DNA of 64,000 nt from an uncultured Pseudomonadota bacterium (GTDB lineage Bacteria; Myxococcota_A; Polyangia; Fen-1088), in NCBI GenBank assembly GCA_963847705.1, contig CAWKBC010000027.1, forward strand, positions 704,001 to 768,000, read 5' to 3'. Below are positions 7,718 to 16,794 of the stretch, piece by piece. Within the stretch, counting starts at the first letter, position 1. Every line of letters starts with the position of its first letter. Made by a program: the position numbers and the translations under genes. The notes beneath the pieces are model-generated. The model ran no database searches. It was given only the letters and a program-made list of their open reading frames with translations, and was not told the DNA's origin.

Positions 7718-10217
7718 GGATGGGAACGATCCGAGGTCGCCTCTCAGTGGAACCGACCTCGAACGACCGTTGCCGACCCCGGGGTCGCCGGCCGTCCCGT
7801 TGCGATCGGGAACGGTCCTGGCTGGTCGATACGAGATCGGCAAGACGATCGGACAGGGAGGCATGGGGGTGGTGGTCCAGGCCTTCGACAGGACACTGGG
7901 CGTCGAGATCGCCATCAAGATCGTCCGCGCGCAGTACGCCGGCGAGCGAGAGTGGAGCGAAAGGCTGGCCCGCGAAGTGAAGCTGGCGCGGCAGATCCAG
8001 CACCCGAACGTCTGCCGCGTCTTCGATTACGCGCAGGCGGACGGCAGGGCCTTCTTGAGCATGGAGCTGGCCGTCGGCGGCACGCTTCGTGACGAGCTTC
8101 GAGCCGACACGACCGCGGCGCGGCCGCTGGCGGCGCGAATCGCCGACGCGCGCGCGCTCGCCGCCGGTCTCGAGGCCATTCATGCGGCCGGGATCGTTCA
8201 CCGCGACATCTCCCCGCAGAACGCGTTGCGGATGAGCGACGGGCGTCTGGTGCTGTCCGACTTCGGCCTGGCCACCGATTCATTCGACGGCACGACCAGC
8301 ATCCGCGGCGGCACCGTGGCGTACATGGCGCCCGAGGTGGCCCGCGGCGGTCGGGCCAGCTTCGCGGCGGATATCTGGGCGCTGGGGGCCGTCATCCACG
8401 AGGCGGTCTTCGGGCAGCGCCTGCAGTGGGATCCGGAGAGCGGAGAGCTGCGCAGCGCGGTCACCAGCCGGCGGTTGACCCGGACGGAGCGCAGCGTCCT
8501 CGAGATCTGCCGCGCCTGCCTGGCGCCGAATCCGGCCCGCCGGCCGCGCGGCGCGGGCGAGGTCGCGGCGCAGCTGACCGAGCAGGGGCTGGCGCGGTCA
8601 GCCGGCCGCTGGCGGCGCCGGCGGGCCGCAACGCTCGCGACCGCCGCGATGTTCGCGGCCGCTGTCATCGTCGCCGAACAGCGGCTCAAGAGCGCGCGTC
8701 AGAGCGCAGCCCAGGTGGTTTCGGCCTCGGTCGATCCGCTCATGATCGTCCCCACCGGCGAGCCGGACGACTGGACCGACGAGTCGAGGGTCCTGGCCGA
8801 GGTGTCCGATCGGATTCGCTGCCTGGTGCCGCTTCCCGACCACCACACCGTCCGGTTCGTGTGGGGCTACCCCGCGCGCGCCGAGGACGTCGATACCCGC
8901 ACGGGGAGAGGCACCCCCTCGCCGCTGGTCCCCAACGCCTACGCCGAGGGATGCCCCGATCTGTCCCCCGACGGCAAACGCCTGGTCTACGCAGGCCATA
9001 CCCCTGACGATCGGGCCTACGCCTTCGTCTCGACGCATGCTGACGGCCGCGACGCGGTCCCGGTGGTGCCGACGGCCGAACCGTCCATGAATTCAGATCC
9101 CGTCTGGCTGAGCAGCGTGGACAGCTTCGTGTACGACGCCGACGCCAACCACGTGGGCGTGTTTTCGCTGGATGCGAAACGGAGCATGGTTCTTCCGACG
9201 ACCAAAGAGCCGTTCTTCTCGGCCTTTCACGGGGTTGTTGGCGATACGATGCTCATCGGCTGGTTGTTGCAAACCGGAGCCGTGGACTTCGATGGGTTTT
9301 CGTATCCGCGATTGGATGAAACGCTCCACTTTCGTTTGCCGCAAATGGTCTTTGATTTGACCCCCGCCGAGGGATCGACCTACTACGGTGCGATCTCCGG
9401 CCAGAGCGGCTTCACGATCGTGCGGATCGAACCGCAGAAGCGTCAGGCGCGCCTCGTCGGGAAGGTCGACCGTCAAGGCGTTCGGTACCCGCTGCTCGTC
9501 GAGGGGGGATTGGTGTTCGTCAGCGTGAGCAGGACCGCGTCGATGGTCTTGCGCACGGGAGCTGGGACGAGGCGCCTTCCTCTGCCGGCCGACGTCCGGG
9601 CGCCGTCCCTTTGTGGAGATCGACTCGTCGCCAAGAGGGTCGTCAATCTCGCGGCAGGCATCGTCTGGCTGGATATGGAGGGCAAGGAGATCGGTCGCGT
9701 CGCGGGCGACGAGAGAACAATGAACCCCAAGTGTTCGGGTGATGGACGGTTGCTCTTCTATGCGGTGTTCGGAGAGGGGCTGAAGCGGTGCCGAGGAACC
9801 GATTGCGAAATGATATTCCGGGGCGATCTCAATGGGTTTGTCCTGTCGCCTGACGACAGCCGGATCGCCTTCGAGTCGTCTGACAGCGGAGGGCATGCTG
9901 TGCGTTGGATTTACGCCGACGGGCGCGCAGGGGTTCATGAGCTGATCGAAACCGACACGCAGTGTCCGCTCCACTGGTCAAATACGAAGGACGTCTGGGT
10001 CGCCTTGCGCAAAGGCCGGAGGGTGACCTGGACGGAGTTCGATACGAACACCAGCCGACCGACCGGCAGGACCTTCCCTGGTACGCGGGACTGTACGGAC
10101 GGGGAAGAAGATCCGGCGTCGCCGGTCAAGGAAGCCGTGGAAGAGCAAGACATCTACCGGGCCCAGCTCCGCTTCCTTCCCGAGAAACACCTACCGGGCC
10201 GAGAGCGATCCCGATAA
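7710..10217 (+). CDS. Membrane Hanks-type Ser/Thr protein kinase with extracytoplasmic TolB/PD40-like beta-propeller
   Basis: Kinase motifs IGQGGMG, IAIK, HRDISPQN, DFG and YMAPE. A hydrophobic segment (ATLATAAMFAAAVIVA) follows an Arg cluster. SPDG-type repeats are present (LSPDGKRL, CSGDGRL, LSPDDSRI). The start overlaps the upstream stop. Confidence 0.9.
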   Translation: MTEDGNDPRSPLSGTDLERPLPTPGSPAVPLRSGTVLAGRYEIGKTIGQGGMGVVVQAFDRTLGVEIAIKIVRAQYAGEREWSERLAREVKLARQIQHPNVCRVFDYAQADGRAFLSMELAVGGTLRDELRADTTAARPLAARIADARALAAGLEAIHAAGIVHRDISPQNALRMSDGRLVLSDFGLATDSFDGTTSIRGGTVAYMAPEVARGGRASFAADIWALGAVIHEAVFGQRLQWDPESGELRSAVTSRRLTRTERSVLEICRACLAPNPARRPRGAGEVAAQLTEQGLARSAGRWRRRRAATLATAAMFAAAVIVAEQRLKSARQSAAQVVSASVDPLMIVPTGEPDDWTDESRVLAEVSDRIRCLVPLPDHHTVRFVWGYPARAEDVDTRTGRGTPSPLVPNAYAEGCPDLSPDGKRLVYAGHTPDDRAYAFVSTHADGRDAVPVVPTAEPSMNSDPVWLSSVDSFVYDADANHVGVFSLDAKRSMVLPTTKEPFFSAFHGVVGDTMLIGWLLQTGAVDFDGFSYPRLDETLHFRLPQMVFDLTPAEGSTYYGAISGQSGFTIVRIEPQKRQARLVGKVDRQGVRYPLLVEGGLVFVSVSRTASMVLRTGAGTRRLPLPADVRAPSLCGDRLVAKRVVNLAAGIVWLDMEGKEIGRVAGDERTMNPKCSGDGRLLFYAVFGEGLKRCRGTDCEMIFRGDLNGFVLSPDDSRIAFESSDSGGHAVRWIYADGRAGVHELIETDTQCPLHWSNTKDVWVALRKGRRVTWTEFDTNTSRPTGRTFPGTRDCTDGEEDPASPVKEAVEEQDIYRAQLRFLPEKHLPGRERSR

Positions 10218-10233
10218 TCTATCGCGCGGCTTC

Positions 10234-12750
10234 ATGAGCGGCTCGGGGTCAGGCTCGAAGGACAGCATCACCGAGGTCGCCGAGGAGTCCTTCGTCCGAG
10301 AGCGGCCGCCCGACATCGAGCGGGGGACGGTGCTGGCGGGCCGATACCAGATCGAGGACATCATCGGGAAGGGGGGGAGCGGGATCGTCCTGCGCGTGTT
10401 CGATCGGACGGCGCAGAATGTCGTGGCGCTGAAGGTCCTCAAGACCGAGCTCGCGCGCGACGCCAAGTGGGAGAAGCGATTTTCGCGCGAGCTGCGGCTG
10501 GGCCGGCCGATCCAGCACCCGAATGTCTGTCGTATCTTCGACATCGGAGAGGCCGACGGCCACCGCTTCCTGACGATGGAGATCGCGCAGGGTGGCTCGC
10601 TCCGCGATGAGCTGAAGCGCGGCGGCGCGCCGGAGCGATCCCTGGAAGCAAAGATGGCCGACGCGAGGGGCGTGATCGCCGGCCTGGCCGCTCTGCACGC
10701 CGCGGGCATCGTTCACCGCGACTTCAAGCCCGACAACCTCCTCCGGATGGGAGACGGCCGCCTGGTGCTGTCCGACTTCGGTCTCGCGACCGATGCAGCG
10801 ACCGCGCCCGGCGCGACGGTGTTGATCGGAACTCCGCACTACATGGCTCCGGAGGTCCTCGCGGGCGAGCCCGCGACGAGCCGCTCGGACGTCTGGGCGC
10901 TCGCGGTGGTCCTTCACGAGATCTTCTTCGGCCAGCGACCCGAGCGCCGGTCCGTGAGCTTCGACGGCTCCTCGAGAGGGCCGATTCGACCCAACTCGTC
11001 GACGGAGCGCAGAGTGATGGCCCTGTGCGAACAATGCCTCACAGAGTCGCCTTTGAATCGGCCCGCTGATGCTCGAGAGGTGGCGCGCCTGTTCGATTCC
11101 GAGCGACGTTCGCCCCCCAAGGGTGGGACGGCGGGCAAAAGGGCGGTGCTGGCCGTCTCTGGTCTGGCGGCAGCGGCGGTGCTTTCGATCGCCGTCCGTG
11201 CCTGGAGACCTCATCGGCGAGAGGTGTCGGCCGCACCGACTTCGGCGACGGCCACCGCCCTGCCCACCTCGGCGATAAGATTGGAACCCGGAGGTGACCC
11301 GGTCGATTGGAGCCGGTCGACGCGCGTCATTGGTGAAATCCCGGGGCGGGTGCATTGCTTTTCCGTGATTGACGAGAAGACGGTCAGAATCGTCTGGGGT
11401 TCTCCTCGAAGAGCGGAGGACGTGGAGGTGGAGTCTGGCAGGCGCCGAGTTGCCCGGTTGGCGCCGGAGACCTTCCGTGTCGGCTGTCCCGAGCTGTCGC
11501 CAAATCGAAAGGCGCTGCTCTTTACCGCCCAGACACAGGCGGGCGCTTCGGAGATTCGTCTTTCGATGTCAGACGGGCGAGAGGCGACGTCGGTGACCTC
11601 GGGCGCGGATCCGCTGTGGCTCGGCGGGAACGATGAATTCCTCTACAGCGTCGACCCGGCTCACGCCGCCGTGTTCTCGCTGCCGACCATGAGCTTTGCC
11701 CTGCTCGCCGGGTCGAAGCTCGGGCAACGGCAGGTGATCCTGGACAAAGCGGTGAGCCAGACTGGGAAGGCAGTCGCGTTGTTGGTGATGGCCGACAACT
11801 CGGAGCTCGGGCTCGCCGTTTATGATCAGCCGCCGTTCGAGCAGGCAAAGGTCTTTTCGATTCCTGAGCAGTATCCGATTCAATTTGAACCGCGAAACGA
11901 AGCGATTGTCTTCGCTTACGGCGCCGGTCAATCGGGCTCTGCCTTGATGGAGCTCGATTGGCGTCACGAGACGCTGCGGAGCATCGCCAGGTATCCGGGC
12001 TTCGAGTTGACGCGCGCCGCGCTTTCGGTCGACCAGGCCGCGACCAAGCTTCTGGTGGCGCGCCATTCGTCGAGCGACGTGTGGCTCTACGACGGAACGA
12101 AGAGAAAGAGGCTCACCAATGACGGCGCGGACTATTCCGCGGACCTGTCGCCCTCCGGCGAGCTCCTGGTGAGCAGGCTGGGCTCCGAGGGGTCATTTTC
12201 CATCTGGCGAATAGACGCCGATGGAACCGAGACAAAGCTGACCTCCGGACCGCGCGACGTCGGGCCGGCGTTTTCCCCCGACGGACGGCTCTGGACCTAT
12301 TCCGACTACTCGACCAGGAGCGTCATGCTTTGTTCGAGGACCTCGGGAGAGTGCCACGTCTTGCACCAGGACGAGCTCCTTCCCATCTGGCCGCGGATCT
12401 CTCCTGATGGAACCCGCGTTGCGTACGTGAGTGGGATGGGCTCACCCAAGGTCACGATCATTTCTGCGGCAGACGGGCGGATGCGCAACGCCTGGGACGG
12501 CCAGTATCAATGCGCGCCAATCTGGTCGACAGCGACGACGATCTGGTTTCTCGAGGCCGGCGCCGGGCGTTACTACTGGTCGGAACGCAATGTCGTCTCG
12601 GGTGAGAAGACGGGAAAGCGGGTGGAGGTGTTGACGGAGAACATGGCCCTTGGCGAGATCCAGTGCGGTTCGACGTCGCCCGACTCTCCGGTCTTTCAGC
12701 CCGTGCGCATCGAGAAGGAAGAGATCTCGAAGCTCCTCGTGTCGAGGTAG
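10234..12750 (+). CDS. Second, paralogous membrane Ser/Thr protein kinase with TolB/PD40-like beta-propeller
   Basis: Kinase motifs IGKGGSG, VALK, HRDFKPDN, DFG and GTPHYMAPE. TM segment AVLAVSGLAAAAVLSIAV. Repeats LSPSGE, FSPDGR and ISPDGTRVAY. Confidence 0.92.
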   Translation: MSGSGSGSKDSITEVAEESFVRERPPDIERGTVLAGRYQIEDIIGKGGSGIVLRVFDRTAQNVVALKVLKTELARDAKWEKRFSRELRLGRPIQHPNVCRIFDIGEADGHRFLTMEIAQGGSLRDELKRGGAPERSLEAKMADARGVIAGLAALHAAGIVHRDFKPDNLLRMGDGRLVLSDFGLATDAATAPGATVLIGTPHYMAPEVLAGEPATSRSDVWALAVVLHEIFFGQRPERRSVSFDGSSRGPIRPNSSTERRVMALCEQCLTESPLNRPADAREVARLFDSERRSPPKGGTAGKRAVLAVSGLAAAAVLSIAVRAWRPHRREVSAAPTSATATALPTSAIRLEPGGDPVDWSRSTRVIGEIPGRVHCFSVIDEKTVRIVWGSPRRAEDVEVESGRRRVARLAPETFRVGCPELSPNRKALLFTAQTQAGASEIRLSMSDGREATSVTSGADPLWLGGNDEFLYSVDPAHAAVFSLPTMSFALLAGSKLGQRQVILDKAVSQTGKAVALLVMADNSELGLAVYDQPPFEQAKVFSIPEQYPIQFEPRNEAIVFAYGAGQSGSALMELDWRHETLRSIARYPGFELTRAALSVDQAATKLLVARHSSSDVWLYDGTKRKRLTNDGADYSADLSPSGELLVSRLGSEGSFSIWRIDADGTETKLTSGPRDVGPAFSPDGRLWTYSDYSTRSVMLCSRTSGECHVLHQDELLPIWPRISPDGTRVAYVSGMGSPKVTIISAADGRMRNAWDGQYQCAPIWSTATTIWFLEAGAGRYYWSERNVVSGEKTGKRVEVLTENMALGEIQCGSTSPDSPVFQPVRIEKEEISKLLVSR

Positions 12751-12754
12751 ATGC

Positions 12755-12779
12755 CCGCCCGACGCTTCAAGTCGGGCGG
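12755..12779. terminator. GC-rich hairpin between convergent kinase-2 and peptide genes (candidate bidirectional terminator)
   Basis: CCGCCCGAC-gcttcaa-GTCGGGCGG forms a perfect 9-bp stem. There is no long U tract. Confidence 0.55.
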
Positions 12780-12802
12780 ACATCGCGTCTGAGAGGCGCT
12801 GT

Positions 12803-12946
12803 TCAGCAGGGCAGTCCGGGACGGCAAAGCCCCTGCGGCGCCACCGGCAACGGCACCCTCCGGGTCGGGTGAGCCGACACCGTACCCGTGGCAGCAATGG
12901 TGGCGGACGCGGCGAATAACGCGACGAGCATGATCTTCTTCAGCAT
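12803..12946 (-). CDS. Small secreted peptide precursor, 47 aa (MLKKIMLVALFAASATIAATGTVSA|HPTRRVPLPVAPQGLCRPGLPC)
   Basis: SD AAGGAG lies 5 nt before ATG 12946. The Sec signal has a KK n-region, a hydrophobic h-region and a V-S-A cleavage site. A sigma54 promoter lies upstream and a hairpin downstream. Confidence 0.8.
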   Translation of the reverse strand: MLKKIMLVALFAASATIAATGTVSAHPTRRVPLPVAPQGLCRPGLPC

Positions 12947-13023
12947 GGCGTCTCCTTGTGGTCTGGTGCTTGCGGAGTCGGAAAACCGCGTCAGAGATCG
13001 ACGCGGCCTTTCGGACTTCCATG

Positions 13024-13040
13024 AGCAACCGACGGACCAA
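13024..13040 (-). promoter_or_regulatory. Sigma54 (-24/-12) promoter of the peptide gene
   Basis: The minus strand reads TTGGTCCGTCGGTTGCT, which is GG-N10-GC with TGG and TTGC matching the consensus TGGCAC-N5-TTGC. It lies ~80 nt upstream of the ATG. Confidence 0.7.
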
Positions 13041-13135
13041 TACGGAGAGCCCAAAACTCCGGGCTTTGCCGGGGAAAAACGGACGTTTTCGGGGCGCGGT
13101 TTTATATCCGTTTACGCAAGCGGAGTTACGTTTTA

Positions 13136-14536
13136 ATGTTCGGCGGATCTGCTGTGATCACGCCCAACGAAAGCACCACCTTCGTTCCGCGCCACGAGGC
13201 GTCAGACGACCCCGTGAAGGTTCCTCTGTTGTTGGTTGTGGGGGACAACCGAGGGAATGTTCCGCTGGGGGCTGACAGAGTTGTCACGTTCACCGGGTCA
13301 CTGGTCGTCGGCCGCCGCGAGCCAACGCAGGGGGAGCCGGGGCAGTCGTCCCTGGTCCTGCCGGACCGGATGATCTCGTCGCAGCACATGGCGATCACCC
13401 CTGCGCCGGACGACGGGGTCTACGAGCTCACCGACCTGTCGAGCACCAACGGCACGATCGTCGACGGAGAGCCGGTCGAGACGACCGTCCGCTTGCGGGA
13501 CGGCTCGGTCATCTTCGTGGGGAGCCACGTGCTCGTGTTTCGGGTCACGACGGTCGCTCAGCGGACGGCGATCGAAGCCGAGCTCGCGAATCCCCTGGGA
13601 CCCGTGGCCACGGCCAACCCGGCCTTTGCCATGGTCTGTCAGAAGCTGCGCAAGCTGGCGGCGGCGGGCGAGGAGCTGCTGCTGACAGGCGAGACCGGCG
13701 TCGGCAAGGAGGTCTATGCCGAGGCGGTCCACCGGGCCAGCGGTCGGACGGGACGGTTCGTGGCCATCAACTGCGCCGCCATCCCCCGCGAGCTGGTGGA
13801 GACCGAGCTCTTCGGTTACGCGCGGGGCGCGCACTCGCAGGCGGCGATGGCCAAGGGCGGGATCATCGAGGAGGCGGAGAACGGGACGCTGTTCCTCGAC
13901 GAGATCGGCGAGATGGCGCCCGAGCTTCAGACCAAGCTGCTTCGCTTCACCCAGGACCGAATGTTGTCGCCGGTCGGCGGGCTGCGCGCGCGGAGGATCG
14001 AGACGCGCATCGTCGCCGCCACCAGCCGCACCGCCGCGCCGTCACAGTCGGGAAGCCTGGGGCTGCGCGTCGATCTGGCGGCGCGGCTCGGCGCCGAGCC
14101 GATCCGGATCCCGCCGCTGCGCGAGCGGGTCGAGGATCTGGGCGCGCTGGCCAGCTATCTTCTGGGCGCGCGGAAGAAGCCGATCGAGCTGACCGCGTTC
14201 CAGGCGCTCTGTCTTTACTCCTGGCCGGGCAACGTCCGCGAGCTCGGCAAGGTCGTGACCTCGGCCGAGGCGCTGGCGCGCGACAGCGATCGGATCGCCA
14301 CCGAGCATCTGCCAGGGACGATCTCGGCGGCGCCGCGGCTGAAGGGCTCGGCGGGGGGGCGCCGAAAATCGCGTCCGCCCCCGGACGCAGCCGAGCTGGA
14401 GGCGTTGATCCGCCGATTTCAGGGCAACATGATGCGCGTCTCGCGCGAGCTCGACCGCAAGCCGGCGCTGGTCTACCGCTGGGCCAAGCGGTTCGGCCTG
14501 AAAGCGGACGACTTTCGCGCTAAAAAAGAGGCCTGA
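13136..14536 (+). CDS. Second FHA-domain sigma54-dependent enhancer-binding protein
   Basis: FHA motifs VGRR, SSQH, SSTNGT; GETGVGKE; AINCAAIP; ELFGYARGAHSQA; LFLDEIGEM; WPGNVREL; HTH. It is divergent from the peptide gene. Confidence 0.9.
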   Translation: MFGGSAVITPNESTTFVPRHEASDDPVKVPLLLVVGDNRGNVPLGADRVVTFTGSLVVGRREPTQGEPGQSSLVLPDRMISSQHMAITPAPDDGVYELTDLSSTNGTIVDGEPVETTVRLRDGSVIFVGSHVLVFRVTTVAQRTAIEAELANPLGPVATANPAFAMVCQKLRKLAAAGEELLLTGETGVGKEVYAEAVHRASGRTGRFVAINCAAIPRELVETELFGYARGAHSQAAMAKGGIIEEAENGTLFLDEIGEMAPELQTKLLRFTQDRMLSPVGGLRARRIETRIVAATSRTAAPSQSGSLGLRVDLAARLGAEPIRIPPLRERVEDLGALASYLLGARKKPIELTAFQALCLYSWPGNVRELGKVVTSAEALARDSDRIATEHLPGTISAAPRLKGSAGGRRKSRPPPDAAELEALIRRFQGNMMRVSRELDRKPALVYRWAKRFGLKADDFRAKKEA

Positions 14537-14606
14537 AGCGCGCGCCGGCAGTTTCGGTGGGCGGTCACGAAACCCGAACAGGTCTTGCGCGCCGTGCTGT
14601 AACCAA

Positions 14607-15713
14607 ATGGACGACCTCTCGCAATTTCTGCGTCCCGCCGGTGGCGGAATTCACACCGTGAGCACGGGCCGCGCCGCGCGCGAATCGTTGCAGAAGGCGC
14701 TCTATGACGCGCGCGACGACGTTGAGGTGCAGGCCAAGTGGCGCACTGCGCTGGCGTCCATCGGCATGGCGCGCGTGGCCATCCTGGGCATCCCCTCCGA
14801 CTGCGGCGCGGGGCTGACGCGCGGCGCTGCATTCGGACCCGAGGCCGTGCGGGCGGCGCTGCTCCGGCAGGTGCCGGACTTCCCCGCCCGTGCTGCCCGC
14901 GCGGGGATCGTCGACGTCGGCGATCTCTTCGTGGTGCCGCAGCTCCTGACCGACGACATGCTGAGCGAGGAGCAACGTCGCCGGACCCGCGCGGTGCTCT
15001 ACGGCCCGTCCGCCGCAAACGGCGATTGGCCCGTGGCGCCGCTGACCATTGCCGAACGGGTGGTCGATCAATTGCTGCGTGCGCGTCCCGGATTGCGAAT
15101 CTTCATGCTGGGGGGCGATCACTCGGTGGCCTGGCCCGTGGTGGCGGCGCTGGCCCGGCATCTCTCCGAGCCATGGGCGATCGTTCACGCTGACGCCCAC
15201 ACCGATCTCTTGCCCGAGCGTCTCGGCGTCCGGATCTGCTTCGCCACCTGGGCCTACCACGCCAACGAGCTCCTGGGCCGGGGCGGACGGCTGGTGCAGA
15301 TCGGCGTGCGGACGTCGTCGCGCACCAAGGAACATTGGGAGTCGACGCTGGGGGTCCGGCAGTTCTGGGCCGACGAGGTGGGCGCCCGCGGCGCCGCGGT
15401 GATCGACGAGGTGATCCGACATCTGCAAGCGATGGGCATCCGGCGCGTCTATCTGTCGAACGACATCGACGCCACCGACAGCGAGGCCGCTCCTTCCACC
15501 GGCGCGCCCGAGCCGAACGGCCTGACACCCGACTTCGTGCGGGCGTTGATCGCCCGGATCGGCGCGGCGTTCGCGCTCCTCGGCGCCGACGTGGTCGAAG
15601 TGGCCCCCTCGATCGGCAGCGCCGACGACGCGCGCCGGACCAGCGACGTCGCGGCCTCGTACATGCGCGCCTCGCTGGCGGTGCTGGCGGACGCGCCCGA
15701 GTTGATCCCGTAG
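14607..15713 (+). CDS. Ureohydrolase (agmatinase/arginase family)
   Basis: Mn-ligand motifs GGDHS, HADAHTD and SNDIDATD, plus GADVVEVAP. Confidence 0.9.
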   Translation: MDDLSQFLRPAGGGIHTVSTGRAARESLQKALYDARDDVEVQAKWRTALASIGMARVAILGIPSDCGAGLTRGAAFGPEAVRAALLRQVPDFPARAARAGIVDVGDLFVVPQLLTDDMLSEEQRRRTRAVLYGPSAANGDWPVAPLTIAERVVDQLLRARPGLRIFMLGGDHSVAWPVVAALARHLSEPWAIVHADAHTDLLPERLGVRICFATWAYHANELLGRGGRLVQIGVRTSSRTKEHWESTLGVRQFWADEVGARGAAVIDEVIRHLQAMGIRRVYLSNDIDATDSEAAPSTGAPEPNGLTPDFVRALIARIGAAFALLGADVVEVAPSIGSADDARRTSDVAASYMRASLAVLADAPELIP

Positions 15714-15722
15714 GATAGGGCC

Positions 15723-16781
15723 ATGGCGCGCGAACCGGACGACGATGGCGAAGGCGAGGGGGGCGATCCCCGGGTCGAAGCGGCCTGGCAGGCGCTCGAG
15801 AGCGGCGACGTCGCGGAGGCGCGGCGGCTGGCCGAGGCGCTCGACGCGAAGTCGCCGGAGACGTTGCTGTTGCTCGGCGCCTGCTGCCGCGAAGAGGAGG
15901 ACGACGCCCAGGCGATCGCGATCCTGAAACGGGCCGCCGCGGCCGATCCCGAGTGGGCGACGCCGGAGCTCTGGCTCGGTGAGATCCTGGCCGGCGATCC
16001 GGAGGCGACGGCGGAGGCGCTCCGGCATGCCACGCGCGCGCTCGATCTGACGGACGACGAGACGGAGTTCCTGTCGGCGGTCGCGCTCAAGGCCGGTCTC
16101 GAGACCGAGATGGGCGAGACCGAGGAGGCGAAGCGGACCCTGGCGGAGCTGCCGCCGCCCGAGGTCCGGCTGGAGGATCTGGACCTGGCGCTGGAGATCG
16201 CGGACCTGCAGCTGGCGCTGGGCGATCCCGAGGCGGCGCGCGAACGCCTGCTCCTTTTGTGCGAGGCGAGCCCGACGATGGCGGACGCCTGGTACGCGCT
16301 TGGCTGCGCGGCCGAGCAGCTGGAGGACGAGACCGAGATGCGGGCCGCCTGGAAGCGCACCTGGGCGCTCGATGCCGCGCCGACCGGTGGCGATGTCGCG
16401 GCGGGGGAGGCCGAGCGGCTGCCCGAGGCGGAGGTCGCGGCGGTCGCCGAATCGGCGCTGGAGGAGCTCCCCGAGCGGGCGCGCGCGCTTCTGCAGGGGA
16501 TCCCCATCGTCATCGCCGAGCTGCCGGCCGAGGCCGACGTGGCCACCGGGCTCGATCCGCGGGTGCTGGGTCTGTTCAGCGGGACGGCGCACGGCGATGG
16601 CGCCACCGGGCTGGGCGGTCAGCCCGGGCTCACTCAGATCGTGCTCTTCCGGCGGAACCTCGAGCGGGCGGCCCGCGACGAGGATGAGCTTCGCGAGGAG
16701 ATCCGGACCACCTTGCTGCACGAGACCGGACATTTTTTCGGTCTCGACGACGCGGCGCTGGAGGAGATCGGGCTCGGGTAA
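15723..16781 (+). CDS. TPR-repeat protein with C-terminal Zincin_1 metallopeptidase domain
   Basis: Ala/Leu-rich TPR-like helices, then LGLFSG...IVLFRRNL...LLHETGHFFGL (HExxH). Confidence 0.85.
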   Translation: MAREPDDDGEGEGGDPRVEAAWQALESGDVAEARRLAEALDAKSPETLLLLGACCREEEDDAQAIAILKRAAAADPEWATPELWLGEILAGDPEATAEALRHATRALDLTDDETEFLSAVALKAGLETEMGETEEAKRTLAELPPPEVRLEDLDLALEIADLQLALGDPEAARERLLLLCEASPTMADAWYALGCAAEQLEDETEMRAAWKRTWALDAAPTGGDVAAGEAERLPEAEVAAVAESALEELPERARALLQGIPIVIAELPAEADVATGLDPRVLGLFSGTAHGDGATGLGGQPGLTQIVLFRRNLERAARDEDELREEIRTTLLHETGHFFGLDDAALEEIGLG

Positions 16782-16794
16782 TCGGCCGCCAGCC

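Noticed and set aside
12803-12946. Peptide as a RiPP (lanthipeptide/thiopeptide) precursor
   Set aside because: It has a Sec-type signal rather than a leader. No cyclase, YcaO, radical SAM, peptidase-transporter or RRE gene is nearby, and the kinases are TM receptors, not LanKC-type enzymes.
12947-13054. N-terminal extension of the 83-aa ORF 12803..13054
   Set aside because: It overlaps the sigma54 promoter and 5' leader, and the SD and signal peptide point to ATG 12946.
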